From assembly GCF_003231495.1 (NCBI RefSeq), contig NZ_PQWO01000012.1, forward strand, positions 151,310-183,309: 32,000 nt of DNA. The letters run 5' to 3'. Made by a program: the position numbers and the translations under genes. The notes beneath the pieces were generated by a model that saw nothing but the letters and a program-made list of their open reading frames with translations, searched no databases and was not told the origin of the DNA. Source of the DNA: Acaryochloris thomasi RCC1774 (GTDB lineage: Bacteria; Cyanobacteriota; Cyanobacteriia; Thermosynechococcales; Thermosynechococcaceae). Positions 28,950-32,000 of this stretch are shown one piece after another (position 1 is the first letter of the stretch; the number at the start of each line of letters is the position of its first letter).

Positions 28950-29783
28950 CTACTGCCGTGCTTGAACACTTGATTCCTGAGTGCTAGCCGTTGCGGGTCG
29001 CTGCAGCTGTGCCGGCTGAACTGGTCGCTGCGGCTGAGGTACGGCCTGCTGTTGAACAGGTTGAATGGGCTGGCCTGACTGCTGCTGTACAAAATTTTGA
29101 TTCGTAGCAGACGGCTCATTGATAAGCTGCTCAGCTTGCTGTCGGGAGACGGGCTGGACTTGTTGCTGGCCCGCTTGCTGCTGTCGAGAAACAGGTTGCG
29201 CTTGCTGTTGACCCAGTTGTGGCTGACGGCCTCGGGCATTACGATTATTCTGCTGTGGCGCAGCACCAAATGGGCTGGCACCAGGCTGCGGAACGGTGAC
29301 AGTTGGGCACTCAAGGCCAGCAAGCTGATTAAGATCTTCGTAGCTAATCTTGATTCCAGATTTAATCATTTTGGAATAGTTACTAATGACTAGCAAACAA
29401 GTTTCCAAAGACGCTCTGGCTAATTGTGTCTTTGCATATGCTCGGCAGGTATCTACACCAAATGACTTGGTATAGGTAAATGAGCCACCAATAGAACCTG
29501 TATCGAAGGGACCGATTCCATTACCAAAAGCAGATAGCGCAATACCAGAGCTGGAGCAGTCAGCGATACCATTACCAACAACACTTCTGCCTAGAGGGAA
29601 TGAATTCACTTGTGTATTAACAAGCGATCCCTGCTGGTTTAGATCAACGACAGGATTCGCCGTTGAGTTTGCATTGTTGGGAGCATCAATATTGTTTGTG
29701 GTAGCCTGTGCAGACACTTTCCCTGCAGTACACAATAGCAAGCCAACAACTGAAGCACCCGCCATTAAATGACGATAATTCAT
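28950..29783 (-). CDS. Secreted 4-Cys protein with Q/P-rich C-terminal tail (hypothetical)
   Basis: 277 aa. Signal peptide MNYRHLMAGASVVGLLLCTAGKVSA. The mature N-domain is G/S/N-rich with Cys76, Cys113, Cys129 and Cys159. The tail from residue ~165 (nt 28953-29291) is about one third Gln (36 of ~113 by my count). Confidence 0.7.
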   Translation of the reverse strand: MNYRHLMAGASVVGLLLCTAGKVSAQATTNNIDAPNNANSTANPVVDLNQQGSLVNTQVNSFPLGRSVVGNGIADCSSSGIALSAFGNGIGPFDTGSIGGSFTYTKSFGVDTCRAYAKTQLARASLETCLLVISNYSKMIKSGIKISYEDLNQLAGLECPTVTVPQPGASPFGAAPQQNNRNARGRQPQLGQQQAQPVSRQQQAGQQQVQPVSRQQAEQLINEPSATNQNFVQQQSGQPIQPVQQQAVPQPQRPVQPAQLQRPATASTQESSVQARQ

Positions 29784-29851
29784 TTCATGTTCTCCTAGGC
29801 CAACGATAGGGGCATTAATAAATTTTTGCCCCCCAAATTTCTAAGTGCGGA

Positions 29852-30259
29852 TTAAAAGTCAAACCCGGCTGTAACTCTGTGACTTTCCTGGAAACCAGTA
29901 AACTCATAAGACTCCTGTACACGAACCGTTGTGTTCTTAAGTACAGTGCCTTGCTCCCTGGAATAACTTCTGGATGTAACGTCAAAGTAGGTGTCTTCTT
30001 GGACGTTGCGGCCATCTTCGACGTAGGTAATTGAAGTTTTACCTCGCTCACGCTTTACCGCAAAGGCATCAGCTTCGCGCTCGCCATTATAAACTTCTCT
30101 AACATTGAGCCTAGTTTCTGCCTTGCCATTTGTGATGACCCGCCGACTTTGGCTATTCCCAACATAAGCACTGCCTGCTATTGCTGGCAGTGAAGCTACA
30201 AGCCAAGAGAAACAGATAAGAGGGAGGAATCTACGGCATTTCATTTTAAACACCATCAA
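29852..30259 (-). CDS. Secreted small beta-rich protein, GFDF family (divergent copy)
   Basis: 135 aa; the likely start is the MKCRRF ATG at 30244. Signal peptide ...WLVASLPAIAGSAYVGNS. The C-terminus ESYEFTGFQESHRVTAGFDF matches the two copies downstream in coordinates. Confidence 0.7.
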   Translation of the reverse strand: MMVFKMKCRRFLPLICFSWLVASLPAIAGSAYVGNSQSRRVITNGKAETRLNVREVYNGEREADAFAVKRERGKTSITYVEDGRNVQEDTYFDVTSRSYSREQGTVLKNTTVRVQESYEFTGFQESHRVTAGFDF

Positions 30260-30389
30260 GTTATCAAAACCATCGGGGTGTCACTAAAATGCAATCTAGT
30301 TTGCAAGAATTTACCCCGTACGACTTGTAGGTTAAGCCTCACTGCTCTCAAAGCAAAAAGGCTTAACCCATGAGAGAGAAATACGAAAA

Positions 30390-30815
30390 CTAGAAGTCGA
30401 AACCAGAAGTCACGCGGTGAGTCTTGTCGAAGCCAGAGAAGTCGTAGGACTCATGGACTGCAACATCAGTTGTATTTTTGAAACGACCGTGCTCACTAGA
30501 CCAGCTGCTAACACTAATATCAGCGACATCAACTTCTGAGAAATTAGTCTCACGCCAAGAGCCAGCAACATCACCCTTCTCAGTGTAATCAGTTGTTGTT
30601 ACGCTCCACTCATTCTTCACCGCATCGGAGCCGGCTGAACGAGTCCCTTTATAGACCTCATGCACCTTAACCTTAGTATCTGAATGGCCGTTGTAAGTAT
30701 TCTTTAGGTTGAAGCTGTTCTCAACGTAGGAACTTCCAGCCAAGGAAGGAAGAGCTGCAAAACCTACGAGAATTGCAGAAAGAGGAAGAACTCTTTGAAG
30801 TTTCATAATATTCAC
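30390..30815 (-). CDS. Secreted small beta-rich protein, GFDF family (cassette copy 1)
   Basis: 141 aa. Signal peptide MNIMKLQRVLPLSAILVGFAALPSLAG. About 82% identical (25 mismatches of 141 by my count) to the 31043 copy. Ends FSGFDKTHRVTSGFDF. Confidence 0.8.
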   Translation of the reverse strand: MNIMKLQRVLPLSAILVGFAALPSLAGSSYVENSFNLKNTYNGHSDTKVKVHEVYKGTRSAGSDAVKNEWSVTTTDYTEKGDVAGSWRETNFSEVDVADISVSSWSSEHGRFKNTTDVAVHESYDFSGFDKTHRVTSGFDF

Positions 30816-31042
30816 TACTGAATAACTGCTTTAGAAAATAGAGAAGGGCACGTCGCCTTCACATACACTGATAAACTCAACAGATCTTGACCTGAGCAAT
30901 ATAAGGAATCGCTTTAAATCGGGATTAACCTCAATAGGTAGTTGCAGAAACACTACAGAATCAAGACAATGAACGTCTTAAACTTTTGCTACCTGTTCAA
31001 AACTATCCCGGTATTGCTCAGGCGATATGACTAAAGAATTGC

Positions 31043-31468
31043 TTAGAAGTCGAAGCCAGAAGTCACGCGGTGAGTCTTGTCGAAGCCAGAGAATTGGTAG
31101 GACTCATCCACTGCAACTTTTGTTGAATTAATGAATGCACCGCTTTCCTCGGACCAGCTGCTAACGCTAATATCAGCGACATCAACTTCTGAGAAATTAG
31201 TCTCACGCCAAGAGCCAGCAACATCGCCCTTCTCGTTGTAATCAGTTTTTGTAATACTGTATTCATCCTTGGTCGCATCAGAACCAGCAGAACGAGTACC
31301 CAGATAAAGCTGATTGACATCAACATCAGTTTTAGAATAGCCGTTGTAAGTATTCTTTAGATTGAAGCTGTTCTCAACGTAGGAACTTCCAGCCAAAGAA
31401 GGAAGAGCTGCGAAGCCAACGAGAATTGCAGAAAGAGGAAGAATTCTTTGAATTTTCATGATACTCAC
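31043..31468 (-). CDS. Secreted small beta-rich protein, GFDF family (cassette copy 2)
   Basis: 141 aa. Signal peptide MSIMKIQRILPLSAILVGFAALPSLAG. Same architecture and identical C-terminal 16 aa as copy 1. Confidence 0.8.
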   Translation of the reverse strand: MSIMKIQRILPLSAILVGFAALPSLAGSSYVENSFNLKNTYNGYSKTDVDVNQLYLGTRSAGSDATKDEYSITKTDYNEKGDVAGSWRETNFSEVDVADISVSSWSEESGAFINSTKVAVDESYQFSGFDKTHRVTSGFDF

Positions 31469-31698
31469 TACTAAATGATTGCTAGAGAAAATAGAGCAGG
31501 AAGAAATCTTCCCCTCGAAAATATGGCTAAATCTACAGATTTCAACCTGAGCAATACAAGGAATCGCTTTAAATCAGGATTAGCCTCAATAGGTAGGTAC
31601 AAATAGCACTACAGAGTCAAGGCAATGAGCGCCTTAAACTTTCGCTATCAGTTCAAAACTATCCCGGTATTGTTCAGGCGATATGACTAAAGAATCGC

Positions 31699-31828
31699 TT
31701 AGAAGTCGAAGCCAGAAGTCACGCGGTGAGTCTTGTCGAAGCCAGAGAATTGGTAGGACTCATCCACTGCAACTGTTGTTGAATTATCGAATGAACCGCT
31801 CTCTTTAGACCAGCTGCTAACGCTAATA
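31699..31828 (-). pseudogene. 3' fragment of a third GFDF-family cassette copy
   Basis: Encodes only ...ISVSSWSKESGSFDNSTTVAVDESYQFSGFDKTHRVTSGFDF plus a stop. Homology to copy 2 ends abruptly after 31828. An in-frame TAG lies just upstream, and there is no start codon or signal peptide. Confidence 0.75.
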
Positions 31829-31833
31829 AGTAG

Positions 31834-32000
31834 CTAGGCGGAATTAAACTTAAGACGGTGTACCTTGTATTTGCCCTTTTCACCTCGAGCGGTCATCCCT
31901 TCGATGACGGCAATCGCTAAATCGTACTCATTGCTAAACATCTGCCCCGCTATTTCGTGAGCCTTAAGTTGCCGCCACTGGGTCTCAATGTCATTCAACT
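31834..32000 (-). CDS. 3' end of an unidentified gene running off the window
   Basis: Open frame to the window edge. It encodes ...LNDIETQWRQLKAHEIAGQMFSNEYDLAIAVIEGMTARGEKGKYKVHRLKFNSA with a TAG stop at 31834-31836. It is absent from the ORF track because it is under 60 codons. Family not recognised. Confidence 0.45.
   Translation of the reverse strand, partial: LNDIETQWRQLKAHEIAGQMFSNEYDLAIAVIEGMTARGEKGKYKVHRLKFNSA

Larger units (their letters stand above)
30390..31828. repeat. Tandem ~655-bp cassette array (2 full units plus 1 truncated unit)
   Basis: Stop codons of successive copies lie at 30390, 31043 and 31699, giving periods of 653 and 656 bp. The spacers 30816-31042 and 31469-31698 are also homologous, for example AACTATCCCGGTATTG(C/T)TCAGGCGATATGACTAAAGAAT. 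Confidence 0.85.

Noticed and set aside
30330-30368. 9-bp inverted repeat GGTTAAGCC / GGCTTAACC just downstream of cassette copy 1, considered as the array's terminator.
   Set aside because: The loop is 21 nt and no T-run follows on the minus strand. This is not convincing as an intrinsic terminator.
29852-31468. Interpreting the GFDF-family proteins as classical outer-membrane beta-barrels because they end in Phe.
   Set aside because: The mature length (~110-115 aa) and very polar composition argue against a lipid-facing 8-stranded barrel. I kept this only as a testable alternative in the findings.
31829-32000. A possible insertion sequence or transposase at the right edge that truncated the third cassette copy.
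   Set aside because: The 54 visible C-terminal residues contain no transposase motif I recognise, and no terminal inverted repeat is evident. The window ends too soon to decide.
1-32000. Search for tRNA, rRNA, CRISPR arrays, riboswitches, and NtcA (GTA-N8-TAC) or LexA-type boxes.
   Set aside because: I saw no T-loop GGTTCGAATCC-type motifs, no regularly spaced direct repeats with unique spacers, and no rRNA-like sequence. The only GTA...TAC candidate (near 16525) has N6 spacing, and the AGTAC-containing sequence near 148 does not fit the cyanobacterial LexA consensus.

Overview
This is a chromosomal window from a cyanobacterium, judged by frequent HIP1 GCGATCGC palindromes and gene content typical of the phylum. 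It has three parts.
(1) 1-5.4 kb: a translationally coupled minus-strand pair, an FHA-like TPS-domain beta-helix exoprotein and a membrane-anchored TPR-CHAT (caspase-like) protein. A small secreted Cys-loop peptide gene with its own intrinsic terminator lies upstream. No TpsB transporter is in the window.
(2) 5.9-24.3 kb: ordinary core genes: trpB, GT39-like glycosyltransferase, SRPBCC protein, glyQ, AI-2E transporter, ssb, cysteine desulfurase, DUF1825-like protein, class IV aminotransferase, aroA, PIN-PhoH ATPase, a small PedR-like LuxR regulator and prfC. There is also a membrane-anchored coiled-coil protein with four 21-aa/63-bp tandem repeats.
(3) 24.3-31.8 kb: an AT-richer, HIP1-poor accessory block. 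All eight intact genes encode Sec-signal-peptide proteins with no domain I can recognise. They are two paralogs sharing a ~128-aa C-terminal module, a G/F-repeat protein, a 4-Cys protein with a Q/P-rich tail, and a family of small beta-rich proteins ending in GFDF. Two family members sit in a ~655-bp tandem cassette array in which conserved blocks alternate with hypervariable, charge-swapped patches. The array ends in a truncated third copy at 31828.
This third block is my best candidate for an undescribed secreted or cell-surface system; the FHA-like/CHAT pair is second. I saw no rRNA, tRNA, CRISPR array or recognisable transposase. All homology calls come from motif recognition by eye, not from database searches.
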